A program made the position numbers and the translations under genes. DNA of 64,000 nucleotides from Octopus vulgaris (Eukaryota). How positions within the stretch are numbered: position 1 is the stretch's first letter; the number at the start of each line of letters is the position of its first letter. Positions 1-13,232 of the stretch are shown piece by piece. Under the pieces are notes generated by a model, which saw only the letters and a list, made by a program, of their open reading frames with translations, made no database searches and had not been told where the DNA came from. Where the stretch lies: positions 83,142,001 through 83,206,000 of the forward strand of contig OX597827.1 in the NCBI GenBank assembly GCA_951406725.2, given 5' to 3'.

Positions 1-796
1 AGAGTACACTGATCTAAAGGGAATTTCAATCCCAGAGCCTATATCAGTGAGGGACCTGGGTATCGACATGAGTGATGATACCTCTTTCCAAGTGCACATT
101 ACCAGGATGACAACAAAGTGCAGACGACTGGATGGATCCTAAGAACATTCAGAACCAGAGATAAGGAAACCATGATGGTCCTCTAGCGGACATTCGTCCT
201 CAGCCGCCTGGATTACTGCTCCCAGCTATGGTCACCCAATAGTGTAAAATTAACAACAGACCTTAAAGCAATCTAGTGAAGCTTCACAAAGAAGATCGTC
301 TCTTTGCAACTGCTCAGCTATTGGGAAAGGCTGAAACAGCCAAGACCCTACTCCCTGGAGCGAAGGCTGAAGAGGTATGCAATAATATACATCTGGAAGA
401 TTCTGGAAGGAATTGTACCAAATTTTGGCATTGAAAGCTACACCAATGCCAGAACAGGCTGACACTACATAGTGCCAAAAATCCCAGCAATGCCATCACG
501 CTTCAGGACCAGTTACTGCAACAGCCTGGGTTTAAGAGGTCCACAGCTTTTTAATATTCTCCCAAAGAGCCTGAGAGGCCTACACAAAGTGGATGTAGGT
601 ATTTTCAAATCAAAAGTGGGTCTCTTCCTGTCGAGTCCCATATGAGCCTACCTCGTGGCAAGAGGTGCAAATGAGGGTAGCAACATCAAACTCCCTTATT
701 CACCAAATGCCACATATTAGAGGAAGCTCTCAATAATCATGTAGCAATACGGCAGTGCCCCAGCATGGCCACAGCTTTGAGCTGAAACTAAAAAAA

Positions 797-798
<2 letters not shown>
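1..798 (+). mobile_element. CR1-group LINE (family A) 3' fragment, degraded; runs off the window start
   Basis: Translates in pieces to [19 protein letters not shown] and GPQLFNILP, with stops and frameshifts. Homologous to 21870-22620 and closely similar to 60083-60857. Ends in GTGCCCCAGCATGGCCACAGCTTTGAGCTGAAAC, an A run and (TA)n. Confidence 0.92.
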
Positions 799-829
<31 letters not shown>

Positions 830-831
<2 letters not shown>

Positions 832-1766
832 GCTATTCATGAAGCAGATCATATTCTCTCCAATCAGGCACAAAAATATCCTGGACCTCTGTTTTACAAA
901 CAATGTGGAAATTATCAAAAGTATCGCAGACAGTTAGGAACCGAGAGGAGATCATAAAACTGCAGAAAGACCTGAATGAAATCTACAAATAGGCTGACAA
1001 AAACAATATGCAGTTCAATGCTATGAAATTTCAGGCACTTCACTATCACTCTAAAATCGGTAAACGCCAGACCAGAAAGTAATACGAGAGTGGCTGGCTG
1101 GATTCTGAGGACATATAAAACCAGGAAAAGAGAAGCCCTGCTACTCCTAAGGAGGGCTTTTGTTCTCAGCCACTTGGACTACTGCTCCCAACTATGGTCC
1201 CCAGAGAGTGTGAAACAAACGCTGGAACTCGAAGCAATCCATTGCCAATACACAAAGGAGATTGATTCGATGCATCCCGTCTTTGCATCGAATCAAGAGG
1301 CTAAAGGGGCTGAGTCTCTATTCCCCGAAGAGAAGACGAGAGAGATATGCGGTGATATATATTTGGAAGATCTTGGAGGGTTTCGCATTTTGGAATTGAC
1401 AGCTATACCAATCCTCGAACTGGACGGCACTGCATCATACCAAATTCCCGTCTTTCCCATCTAAAATAAGGACACAGTACTGCAATAGTCAAGGTTTCAA
1501 GGGCCCACAATTGTTCAACATCCTGCCAGGCAACCTTAGAGATTTACACGGTGTTCATGTGGAAGTTTTCAAGGAACATCTGGACACGTTTCTGTCTGAG
1601 ATAGCGGATGGACCCACAACGTGACAGGAGACACAAAGAAGAGCAGCTCTGTTCAACTCGCTGCTTCACCCAAAACAATATCAGAAACAATACTGAGTAA
1701 CTACAGGTGGTGCAGCACCAGCATGACCTCAGCCCTGGGCTGAAACCAGTAAAAGATAAAAGATTA
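830..1766 (+). mobile_element. Degraded, internally deleted CR1-group LINE fragment
   Basis: Contains an ILDLCFTN endonuclease-end-like motif at about 875, then [29 protein letters not shown] and GPQLFNILP. The 3' tail is CAGCCCTGGGCTGAAAC followed by TAAAAGA x2. Confidence 0.85.
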
Positions 1767-1771
1767 CATAT

Positions 1772-1822
<51 letters not shown>

Positions 1823-2226
1823 AGTAGATAATAAAGCAAATGGTTTATAACCTGGTAGCTTACTGGTAAAGCACAGTCACTGTCACAGTGTTTGTTAAGA
1901 ATCTGGCTAATGAGAGACAGAAGATAGAAGATATGAGAGTTTTTATTAATCATTAAAATTGTTTCAACCCTTCTCCCATCGATCCCTCATGGGTGGGATA
2001 CTTAACAATTGGCTCAGGAGCATCCAACAGTGCAAATGTGTCTCTTCAGCTGATAAACAGAGCCCAACTCATTAAAATAACAGTCCCACAATGTATGTGC
2101 TCAGCTCTTGTGAAGAGAAGCAGCAAAGTAAAGTATATAGCTTCATTTATATAGAAGACGAATAATATAATAACAGATGCCAAACAGAAAACAACACACA
2201 ATACAGCAGAGAAAGTCTGTCATTAA

Positions 2227-2263
<37 letters not shown>

Positions 2264-2266
<3 letters not shown>

Positions 2267-2500
2267 GATTGGTGCATAATTATTGCAGCTTTTTTCAACA
2301 AAAACAATAATAATATTTAGCAAAAACATCTTTGAATGACAGTCTGACCGTCTGCCAAGCAAATGGAAAGTAGTAATTGAAGTAGATAGTGAATATGCTC
2401 CAGAATAATCATTTAAAGATGTCTTTGTTACATGTTGTTATTGTATTTCTTGAATAAAATTTGTTGAAAAAAGGCCACAATAATTATGCACCAACCCAAT
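2264..2500 (+). mobile_element. Internally deleted mariner element (MITE-like)
   Basis: Imperfect TIRs of about 35-40 bp (GGATTGGTGCATAATTATTGCAGCTTTTTTCAACAAA and TTTGTTGAAAAAAGGCCACAATAATTATGCACCAACCC), flanked by TA. Internal 2346-2408 encodes DRLPSKWKVVIEVDSEYAPE*, a mariner transposase C-terminus-like peptide. Confidence 0.88.
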
Positions 2501-2604
2501 ATATATATGGTGCTGTAGGATTTAATATCACCAGATTGTATCCAGACCCATTTCCAAATCAAGTGAACCCAATACATCTGTTTCTGTATTATTAGAGTAA
2601 TACA

Positions 2605-2654
<50 letters not shown>

Positions 2655-2867
2655 CTCTAAGTCTCTCCCTGGGACTGAACAATTTTATTCAACAATTCAA
2701 TGCAACCAATTATGAATCATTCACTCAAAAGGTGATTATAAATCTTATTCCAGAAATTGTCAAGTTGCAAGAAAGATGAGAAAAAAATCCCTAAAAAGAC
2801 CAGAGATATGAGAAAACATTTTGATTTAAAATAATAAATGGGTAGTTTTAAGCAAAAGTAATAGATC

Positions 2868-3080
2868 AGTTTCAAATTATCACACAACAATTTCAAGGGA
2901 GGGTTAAAATCAATTACATCGACCCCAGTGTCCAGCTGGTACTTATTTTATTAACCCCAAAAGGATGAAAGGTAAAATTATCCTTGGCAGTATTTGAACT
3001 CAGAACATAAAGACAGACAAAAAAATGCTGCTAAGCAGTTTTCCCAATGTGCTGACGATTCTGCCAGCTGGCCACCCTGA
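2868..3080 (-). mobile_element. tRNA-derived SINE family S1 (Meta-domain-like), old copy
   Basis: Homologous to 3911-4142; carries the ATCGACCCCAGT...CTGGTACTTATTT...GGATGAAAGG...TTTGAACTCAGAAC signature. Confidence 0.8.
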
Positions 3081-3910
3081 GCAGGAATAATATATTAATC
3101 AGAAAGTATTCTTGTCAAACAAAATTAAATCTATGACAATAATATGAAAAATTCTTTGGTTTATTGAAATCATTATAGGAATTGGAATTGTAACTTTTTC
3201 CTGGCCTCCAAAATATTAGAGAATGTTCTGAGATCTAAACTCGGTTGAGAGCAGGCTCTACTCAAGCTAAACACTCAACTACCTTGAACATTATTATAAC
3301 AATACCAAAATGTGACAGTTGTCTTCCAAATTGAATGGATCTTTGTTATTTAGTGAAGTAGAAGTGCAAAATAATTATAGGATTAATGAGAGAGAAAATA
3401 TAATGAAATGATGGCAGCTGTCAGCAAATGGAAGAAAATACAAGAGACAAAAAATTCAGTTTCTGTTCTTTGTAACTTCTATGATCTGGGCTAAAAAGAC
3501 AGCAAGTTTTGAAAAGAAACAGAAATTGCAGAAGACAAATATGAATTCGAGAGGGCAGTTGGTGTTTTGGAATTGTGAGTACAATAGAAAGGAATGGATG
3601 GTCAGGAGTAATGAGTATAAACTGAGAATCTGTTGTCGGTTGGTTCTACTCCAATGTATGAAGTTAATTCATGAGGAGTTGAGAAGGAGAGAGTCTCAAG
3701 AGAAAAATCTAGAAACCATTCTTCCTACGTGTAAACAACATAATTTGTCTAACATTACAAACAGACACATGCAAGTGTGGAACTGTATAAAGGGATCAAA
3801 GTTAGAAATGACTATGGTTCAGCTACAGAGGACTGAATAGCATGTGATATGTGAATAGAGGTCAGCATGTAGTCAGTGTGTGTGTGTTTATTTTATATAT
3901 ATATATATAT

Positions 3911-4142
3911 ATTTCTTTACTACCCACAAGGGGCTAAACACAGAGGAGACAAACAAGGACAGACAAACGGATTAAGTCAATTACATCGACCCCAGTGCGT
4001 AACTGGTACATAATTTATCGACCCCGGAAGGATGAAAGGCAAAGTCGACTTCGGCGGAATTTGAATTCGGAACATAACGGCAGATGAAATACGGCAAAGC
4101 ATTTCGCCCGGCGTGCTAACGTTTCTCCCAGCTTGCTGCCTT
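3911..4142 (-). mobile_element. tRNA-derived SINE family S1, well-preserved copy inside (TA)n
   Basis: The minus strand reads AAGGCAGCAAGCTGGGAGAAACGTTAGCACG, a B-box-like GAATTCAAATTCC, then GACTTTGCCTTTCATCCTTCCGGGGTCGATAAA. (TA)n lies on both sides. Confidence 0.9.
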
Positions 4143-4144
4143 CA

Positions 4145-4192
<48 letters not shown>

Positions 4193-5384
4193 TGTGTATA
4201 TACATGTGTGTGTGTGTGTATACACACAAGCACTTTGTGTGTGTTTATAAATGTATAGAGGGTGCTATGTATAAAGAAAAGAAAACAAGACAGAGATGAC
4301 AAGTTGAGACGTCTTTCAAGGGTAATCTCTAAGAAAAAGGAAGATATATGAGATGAGAGGAAACAATATGTTAACAATGTCAAATAAAACAATGTATGAA
4401 GAAAAACTTCTGAGCTGTTTACATTTGTTATTAAAGAACTCTCAAGTATGGTTGTATTGAGCAGCAATGTTGTTGATATCACAACACAGGAAAACATTTG
4501 ATAATTCGAAAAGGAAGAATGTGATTTGGGATACTTTAGTTAATTTTGTAAAACAATATAAATATTAAACATTTCTTAAATAAATTCATTATGTTGACAT
4601 TTTAAATAGTTTCTATAAGATATGCAAAGTTTTTACACCGATGAAATACGATCCCAACATAATTTGAGATACCTAGAATTATCTCATCTAGAGATAACTT
4701 TAAAACACTTGCTTATCTCAATAACTTTTTAAGTATTACTTCTATTTCCATTTAAATAAATTTAGAAATGATGGCAAAGGGAACTAATCAATCTCTGGAG
4801 AACTGACTGTTAATTACACCTGATATTTCAGTCATGGAACCGAATTCACTGTTACAGATTGAACAAACTAACAAGATTCACAGCAAACACTGAAATCTAC
4901 CATCTTTTTTGTAATCAATAACTGTCACTTTTATGTAAAATTAAATGAAAATTTCTTTCAAAATGTTCACCGACACCAGCTAGAGGCTTAATAAACTACA
5001 CAACTTCAAACAAGTTAATTAGACAAATTATTTAATTAGATAAAAAAAGAAATGCTCTGAAGAATTTCATAGTATTTCTTATGTGTATGAGAAACCCAAG
5101 AACCAAGTTGAGCAAACAGATCGCAGAATGAACGAGAACATTAGATAAGAGAAGAAATATTTAACAACATCAAGTCTGATCTGTGTGTAGAAAAACAAAA
5201 CAAATGTGTAAGTTGTAAAGAGACGAATGTGAACCCGTTTCTACATAAAGGAGACAAACTGATGGAGTTATACAAAATAACTTTGAATTTAAAAAGAACA
5301 GTTTATGGAATACATTTAGTGTTTACCTTTTGGAACTGTTTTGTTAATGTGTAAACCAAGTGGTCATCTGTAGAGAGTATATTA

Positions 5385-5413
5385 TGATGATGGTTATGAT
5401 GATGATTATGATG

Positions 5414-5464
<51 letters not shown>
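5385..5464. repeat. (GAT)n/(AAT)n microsatellite
   Basis: Read directly from the sequence. Confidence 0.95.
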
Positions 5465-5465
<1 letters not shown>

Positions 5466-6381
5466 GATAGCTGGAGTGGTCAGTTGTTCATACCGTTCAG
5501 GCCTACTGTCTCAACAGTACGATAGACAACTGTGCAGTGACAGGCCAGCTAGACAACACAATTGTTCAGCTCTTCCTCATTTAGTCCAAAAAACATGTCT
5601 GAGAAAAGATCAACCTTTTTCCATCCCTACAAGCATTTGTCCAGTGGTCAGTTAGAGGAGTGAAGTTAAACAAAATATTTAGCCGCTTAAACAATCAAGC
5701 AATTGCATGATATATAAAATGGCGTCAGCAGAATTTGGGTGTAAATAGTAGGAGTTTAACAGCTTAAGCTTTCACTTGTTCATGTTGTGCATGCCTCATC
5801 CTTCTCACTCTTCAATTACATAAGACAAATATTGGAAAACTAATTTGTTATTAATAACCAATAAATAAATCAGAATTTTGTACGAAATAAAATATTTAAG
5901 TATCTTTATGCTTTGCTGTCTATAACAGTGTTAGATGTATATGTGTACACATTTCTGCACGTGTGCAGATGAAAAAAGAATGACACTGCATCAGCTTTTG
6001 TATTGGTGTATGCATATGTGCAGGAGCGCATGTGCACATCTATGATTACACAAGGTGTGAGAATAATTTAAAAACCAACAAAAGTTACATTTTTTTTAAT
6101 TTCAATTTTCTATTGTAAAAAGCAGCAGATGCAGTGAGAAAAGGGTGGGGGGTCATTCAAGTCATAGACAACTTGTAAATTCCTTTTGACAGAAGAAGTG
6201 TTAGGGTAAATTAAAATGAGAGAAAGACCATGTTGACCAAAGGCCCACTTTGGCCATTTAACAATCCCCATTTTGCCAAAAGAAAACGTTTGTTGTTCTA
6301 CATAGAAAGCCATGAGAAATGAGCAAAAAGTAACAGTCACTACATATGGACAGCAGCGTGAGTAAAGCAGAGATCTAAAAT

Positions 6382-6419
<38 letters not shown>

Positions 6420-7104
6420 CCAACAAAGTAGAGAAAGCAGGCTGCAGCAAACAGTGTTCTCTATTTTCCCTGCGCCTCTTCATAATACAACTCTCTTGCT
6501 TCTCTCACACCATACCCAAGAATATGAAGTACATAGCAGTACCCTGAATAACAACGTGTGGGGTGGTGATGGGTAGATATGTGTTGGTGTGAGAAGGAAA
6601 TAACAAACGAATCTAAAGAAGGAACAAGGACTAATAGAAAAAATCTGCCTGAAATCAATTGCCATTGTTTTCCCTATTTGTGTGCATTTCCTTCAAATTC
6701 ACAAACGCTCTCTTTCTCTCACAATGCAAAGTAGTTCGTGCTGCCACCCATCATTGGTGCAGACATCATTTCTTCTCTCCTGGAGCACCCCACACTCGCT
6801 TCTCCCTACAAGCATCTGTGTTGTGCACTTGCTCAGCCTCAATATTAGTCATATGACCAACACACAACGATACTTAAACTAGGCCAACCACCTGGTTTCT
6901 AGAAGTTGTCTCTTGAAAAACAAAGCAATTCTTTAATAAATAGACTGTAAATAAAATCTATTTCACACAGTCCAAACGAGTGGACACTTGCAATCACAAT
7001 TTGAATCACTGAAACTTGCTTTTCTATGAAAAGCACACAGGTGACAACATCCTGTTTCTCTCTTCCAGTCTCTACACATAAAAGTGTCTATGTGTATGTA
7101 TGTA

Positions 7105-7137
<33 letters not shown>

Positions 7138-8677
7138 ATATATGTGCACACACGAAATCAGTAGCCATCTAGGAACTGCCACATTGCAGTCTTCTACAAC
7201 ATGCATGCACAAGGTAACTGACTGACTGGTATGTGTGTGTGTGTGTGTGTGTGTGTCACTCTCTTCTATTTTTTTTACTTATTATAAATTATAAATCTTC
7301 CTTCCACTGAGGAGGGAGCCAGTTTCCAACAAAGATACAAGGCTCCATCTTTGGGATGTAATTAACACAGACAAATTCACATTTGGAACTTGGGAAAAGT
7401 TTGTCTGTCTGTCTGTATGTAGCTGTCATTCAGAGTGTGGTTGCCTCCAGGAAGACAATGACATGATGAAGTTATAGGTAGTCATCAACCAAATTTCAAG
7501 AAGAATTCAATGTCAATTTAATACTATTACAAAGACATCTACTCAAAGTTAACTTTTCTTAAGTATTGTTTCACATAAAATTAATATCTTAAATTAGCCA
7601 CAACTTTATATCCCGCAGAATTACATAAACTAATTAACCTTAAGAAATATAACTGAATCAAAGATAAGTGAGAGGGGAATGGAAAATAGTCTTTAGCAAG
7701 AGTAACTTCAAAAGATAATAGTATATAATGATAAGAATAGCAGAGATTGTAGCAGAACCAAGGTAAGTGAAATGGATAGATGTTGTTAAAATAGATAGAT
7801 ATTGAGGGAGAAGTAAATTAATGAGGTACTGTGTGATATTTAGACAGAGAGGGAGTATGATAATATAGAGAGGTACAATGTGATATGTAGAGAAATACAC
7901 TGTATCTATAAAGGAACCAATTTAGAGGTAAACAGGGAATTAGGTTTGAAGGAATGTTTTAAAAGATAATTAAGTGAAGATACAAGTGGAATAACAAAAC
8001 AAATTGCTGACAAAGAAGAAATACTGAAGAAGTCAGGCCACTCTAATCTAAATAATCTGTGTTAATAGGGAGGGCTGGGAGTTGAGCAACATTTCATATT
8101 AAAGAAGTTGCACTCATTGTTTTAATTTCAGCAAACAAACAAAAAATAAGATTTACTATTGTGATATTCTTTTACAATATTAACTCTAAACATCAAAACT
8201 AAAGAAGGAACCTCTATATGGTTGCTAGAAAAGCAGCCAAATCTCACTCAATTTACACCTAATTATCTTAAAAAGGGACTTTGATGCAAAAGTGAGCGTC
8301 TATACACATATACATAATTGAATGTCTGTGTGTATGGCACATCCACTCCCATATTACAGACTGGTTATGTAAAAGTGGATGTCTGTGTGTAAAGTCAGTT
8401 AAGTAAAAGTAAATATATAAACCTACAGAAAGTTAAGTTACTAATGCAGTAAGTTGGAATTCATAGCCAAGATAAAGAATGGATGGTGAGAGAGAGAGAG
8501 AGAGAAAGGGGAGGGAGATGGCTGAGAAAAAGTAAAGCGTGTGTGTGGGCAGGCACAGACGCGCGCTTGTTATAATATTAAACAGCCAACTATCAATAGT
8601 AACATCTACGTTAGAAGTAAAAGACAGTAAAGCTGGTAGAGACATGTACCAGCAAAACTGGTGTTGACCTGTCCAAC

Positions 8678-8792
8678 GACTACTACTACTACTACTACGA
8701 GTACTACTACCACCACCACCACCACTACCGATATCACTACTACTACCACTATTACTGCAACTGCTGCTGCTAATACTACTACTACTACTAGC
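8678..8792. repeat. Compound trinucleotide microsatellite (ACT/ACC/CTG)
   Basis: Read directly; explains the poly-Ser and poly-Val ORFs here. Confidence 0.9.
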
Positions 8793-9065
8793 ACCAGCAC
8801 AAGGGAAGCAAGACATGCGCTGTAAATGCAAGTTAACTGGAAACACAATCCCCAAACCCAACTGTAAACTGCAATCTCTCATTGAAATAAGTTAGTAACA
8901 AGTAAAGGAGAAATAGGATAGGGTGTATAATACTGTGTGTGCAGTTGAAAAGTAACATGTGTACATACTACAGACAAACATAAGAGGCCAGTGCTGTGTG
9001 TGTGAAATACATAAGAGAATGGTTGTATGCAATGTGTGCGCGCGCACATGCATGCACGCATGCGT

Positions 9066-9113
<48 letters not shown>

Positions 9114-9248
9114 ACACATATTGGGATCAGCTCCTTGTTGAAGAAGGCTGCTATGACTGCCAGTTTATAGCAATGCAAGAGAATAGTGCAGTTAATTCCT
9201 TATTTAATTTTCTTATTAAAAACTAACAAGTCACTAATATATACTTAC

Positions 9249-9257
9249 ATACATTTG

Positions 9258-9317
<60 letters not shown>

Positions 9318-9408
9318 GCATATATATATACATATATATATATACATATATACATATATACATATATACATACATATACATATATATATACATACATATA
9401 TATATACA

Positions 9409-9439
<31 letters not shown>

Positions 9440-9641
9440 ACATATATATATACATATACATATATATACATATATATACACATATACATATATATATACA
9501 TATATACATACATATATATATACATATATACATACATATATATATATATATATACATATATACATACATATATATACATATATACATATATATATATATA
9601 CACATATATATATACATATATATATATACATATATATATAC

Positions 9642-9698
<57 letters not shown>

Positions 9699-9731
9699 CA
9701 TATATATATACATATACATATATATATATAC

Positions 9732-9779
<48 letters not shown>

Positions 9780-9801
9780 ATACATATATATATACATATA
9801 C

Positions 9802-9854
<53 letters not shown>

Positions 9855-9899
9855 TATACATATATACATATACACATATATATATATATACATATATAT

Positions 9900-9942
<43 letters not shown>

Positions 9943-9980
9943 AGAGAGAGAGAGAGAGAGTGGAGGAGAGAAAGAGAGAG
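9249..9980. repeat. (TA)n array with TACA interruptions followed by (GA)n
   Basis: Read directly from the sequence. Confidence 0.98.
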
Positions 9981-11633
9981 AAAATGAGGTGTATGTAAGA
10001 TTGAGGTTTGTTTTTAAACGCAGTATCTATTTTGTTGCAAGAAATCAATGTATGGTATTCCACCCACTAAACCTAACTTGGGCTGAATATAGTCAATGTT
10101 TGCAGCCTACCATGTTTAAATGTTTGACTATATCGACAGGTTTGCTTACATAAGAACCCCCAATTCCATGGAGCAATATTATTATCTTGTCATGACAGGA
10201 AAGAAACAACTCCTTACATTGACACAATGAAAACTAACAGAAATAACCAAGAAACCATAAGAAGCTGTTTCTATTAGACTCTCTCTCTCTCCTTCTCTCT
10301 CTTTGTATGCACATGTGTGATAATTGTAATAAATTTGCTAATTAAAGGCTGAAGGTCAATGACTTCTATTTGAAGTGAAAGGTTAAACAAAATTACATTC
10401 AACTTAAGAGAAAAAGAAAACTTTTGAAGAAGCCAAAGTATTTTGTTGTTCGAAGCAGGGAAACTAAAGAATTGTCACACTGAACAGAGTAAGCCTTTGA
10501 TTAGTTGTTTAACTGGAATAAATTACGGCTAATATTTAATTAACTAACATGATAAATTCAATCAAATTGGTTTTTGATATAAATTCAAAGATGCTGAAAT
10601 TTTTAATTTTCCAAATTGTAAAATACATTAAATTAAAAATCAAAAACTAGTTAGAATAATTAAAATTAATGAAAGAAGGTGGCCGCTATAAAACTAGATC
10701 AATCAGCAATGCTATATAGACGAAGGTAAAACTAATTATCATTAAAGTAGTATCACAGAGGCAATTATTTTTTTCACAAATATCTAAAGCGAAAGACAAA
10801 CTTTTATCCAACCCTAAAATGTCAATGGTAGATGTTATAGATTGTTTCATTGGATTTGTGCAATAAATGTAGCAGATTCAGACATCAAACACACTTAAAT
10901 AGATAAAAAAAAGAAAAGAAAATCTATATTGAAAGAAGGAGTGTAGGGAGTGAGCTATAAACCATAGTTGCTACATTGGTTACACAATACTGGAAGGTGA
11001 ACTGTTTTCTAATTAATTCTTTGACCAACACAGTATGCACAACACCTCTACAGACATCTCTGACACTAAACACTGTCACTGAAATATCGTCATCATCATT
11101 ACAAATGGTGTTTGAAATTTCAGTGAAGGCTTATTTTAAATAATAATAATACAGGTTTAACTTGGAAATGTAGACAACTTTTGACAGACTAATTCCTTAG
11201 TTGGATACATCATTAATAATCACTAACAATGTAAGGAATATAATGATGGGTTTGAAGTCAGGAGATAATAAAATATTGCTGATTATCACTTTAGTAAAAC
11301 AATAAAGTAAATTAGAAACAAATAGCATCAGTTAGTAAGACACAGAGTTGTAAAATGTATTATTTTAATGATAAAAACTGTTCTCCAGAGAGAAAAGATA
11401 TAGTTATGAAAATATAAAAGGGTAATTTTAATCTAGCTAATGATTAGCACTTGTTTCGTGTAGAGTATAATAACAGGAACAAAGAAGTCTGGTGTGAGTA
11501 ATTTACAGTAAAAACATAACAATAGGGTAGTTGGCCATCATACTAAAACAAACACACACACACACACAAATGTAATGTTGAAATGATGTGTTGTTAGAGG
11601 AGACAAACAGGAGGATTGACAATAATAATAATT

Positions 11634-11967
11634 GTTTCAAATATAGGCACAAAGCCCGAAATTTGAGGAAAGGGGTTAGTTGATTACATCATCCCCCAGT
11701 GCTTGACTGGTACTTTATATTATCAACCCTGAGAGGATGAAAGGCAAATAATTGAGGTTTTAGCACAAGGCCAGCACTTTTAAGAGAAGGGAGAGGTTAC
11801 TTGAAATCATTGACTCTAGGACTTAACTGGTACTTTACTTTTATTGGACTCCAAAAGGATGAAAGGCAAAGTCAACTTCAGTGGAATTTGAACTCAGAAC
11901 ATAAGGACAGACAAAATGTTGTTTAGCATTTCGCCCAGCATCCTAACCATTCTGCCAGCTTACCACC

Positions 11968-11970
<3 letters not shown>
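11634..11970 (-). mobile_element. SINE family S1 with a duplicated 3' module
   Basis: GCACAAGGCC...CTGGTACTTTA...GGATGAAAGGCAAA occurs twice (about 11634-11748 and 11755-11880), followed by one tRNA-like head and (AAT)n. Confidence 0.8.
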
Positions 11971-12009
<39 letters not shown>

Positions 12010-12892
12010 TTTAATAAGCTGCTGCTCTTCCCTCCAACTAACTAGCAAGAAAAAAAAGAAAAAAAGTTAAATAAAATATGTAACCATCCTACAGTATGTC
12101 TGTGTGCATGTGTATGCACTCGCAAAATATACATGCTCAATCAGAAAGAGCAGCTCCTTAACGGGAGCTCTGAGACCAGTTGGAGGGAGGTATCCCTAAA
12201 CTGGAGACCTGGTTTGAAAGCTAAAACCCTCCAAGAGCCTGGTGATGCATTAACTCTACTGCACAAGTAAGCCATGGTGGAATTTAAGACAGAAAGCAAA
12301 AAGGCAGGACCAATACCACAAGGTATCCTGACCAATGTTCAAACAATCCAACCCTAACTTAACCCTGGAAGAATGAAAAGTAAAGTTGACCCAAGAGAGA
12401 TCTGAACTGTGAACACAAAGAGAAGCAGGAGGAATAAATAGAGCAAAGTATGTTATTCACCACTCCAGCATCCCTGCCAATTTAGCTCTTATATTAATTA
12501 AGACTTCAAACATTTATTACTAATAACTGGTTGAAATATAAGAACCACAATTTATTACAGACTCTAAAATATAAATTGAAAGAGAATATGTAAAAGAATT
12601 TCTGAAACCTGTTGTTGTTGTTCTTTAACCCAGGGTGAACTATTGTTGAGGAGAACCAAGACAAAACAGCTTCCAGCTGTAAGCCCACCATCTTTTAGTC
12701 AGACATATTACAGGACTACATTATCCAATGGACAGGTGTGATACGAGGGATAGAAAAGGATTGCATCTAGCATGTCAACAAACTCAGTTAACTTGGCTAC
12801 TGAATCAATTATAGAGAAAAATGTGAAATATTTCTCTAATAAGGAACAAAGGGAGAGAGATGACAAGCTAATTGATTTCAATTAATTAATTA

Positions 12893-13032
12893 AGGTATAG
12901 CAGACATAACCATATGACAGTTTGTCTCAGAAACACATGGAGTTGATCCCATTGCATGGTTCCTCAGGTAAACGATTATAGTTTCAACCTGACCAATGAG
13001 TGCAATTTGGTAGATGGAAACTCTATAGACAA

Positions 13033-13086
<54 letters not shown>

Positions 13087-13232
13087 ATTTATGCTTACTA
13101 GTAATTATGTTCGGTCACATTAAAAGGTGACTTAGCCACTTGATAAGTAGAGATCAATAAAGCTAGAGTTGATATGACTGACTGAAACCGTTCAAGGCAG
13201 AGCTCCAGCATGACCAGAGAATGAAAGAATAA
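12893..13232 (+). mobile_element. Old copy of SINE family S2 (internal microsatellite, LINE-like tail)
   Basis: Shows GACCAATGAGTGCAATTTGGTAGATGGAAACT, internal (TG)n and the tail TTCAAGGCAGAGCTCCAGCATGACC. Homologous to the reverse complement of 47238-47625. Confidence 0.7.

Noticed and set aside
8433-8882. Ser/Gly-rich 149-aa ORF
   Set aside because: Produced by trinucleotide and (GA)n microsatellites.
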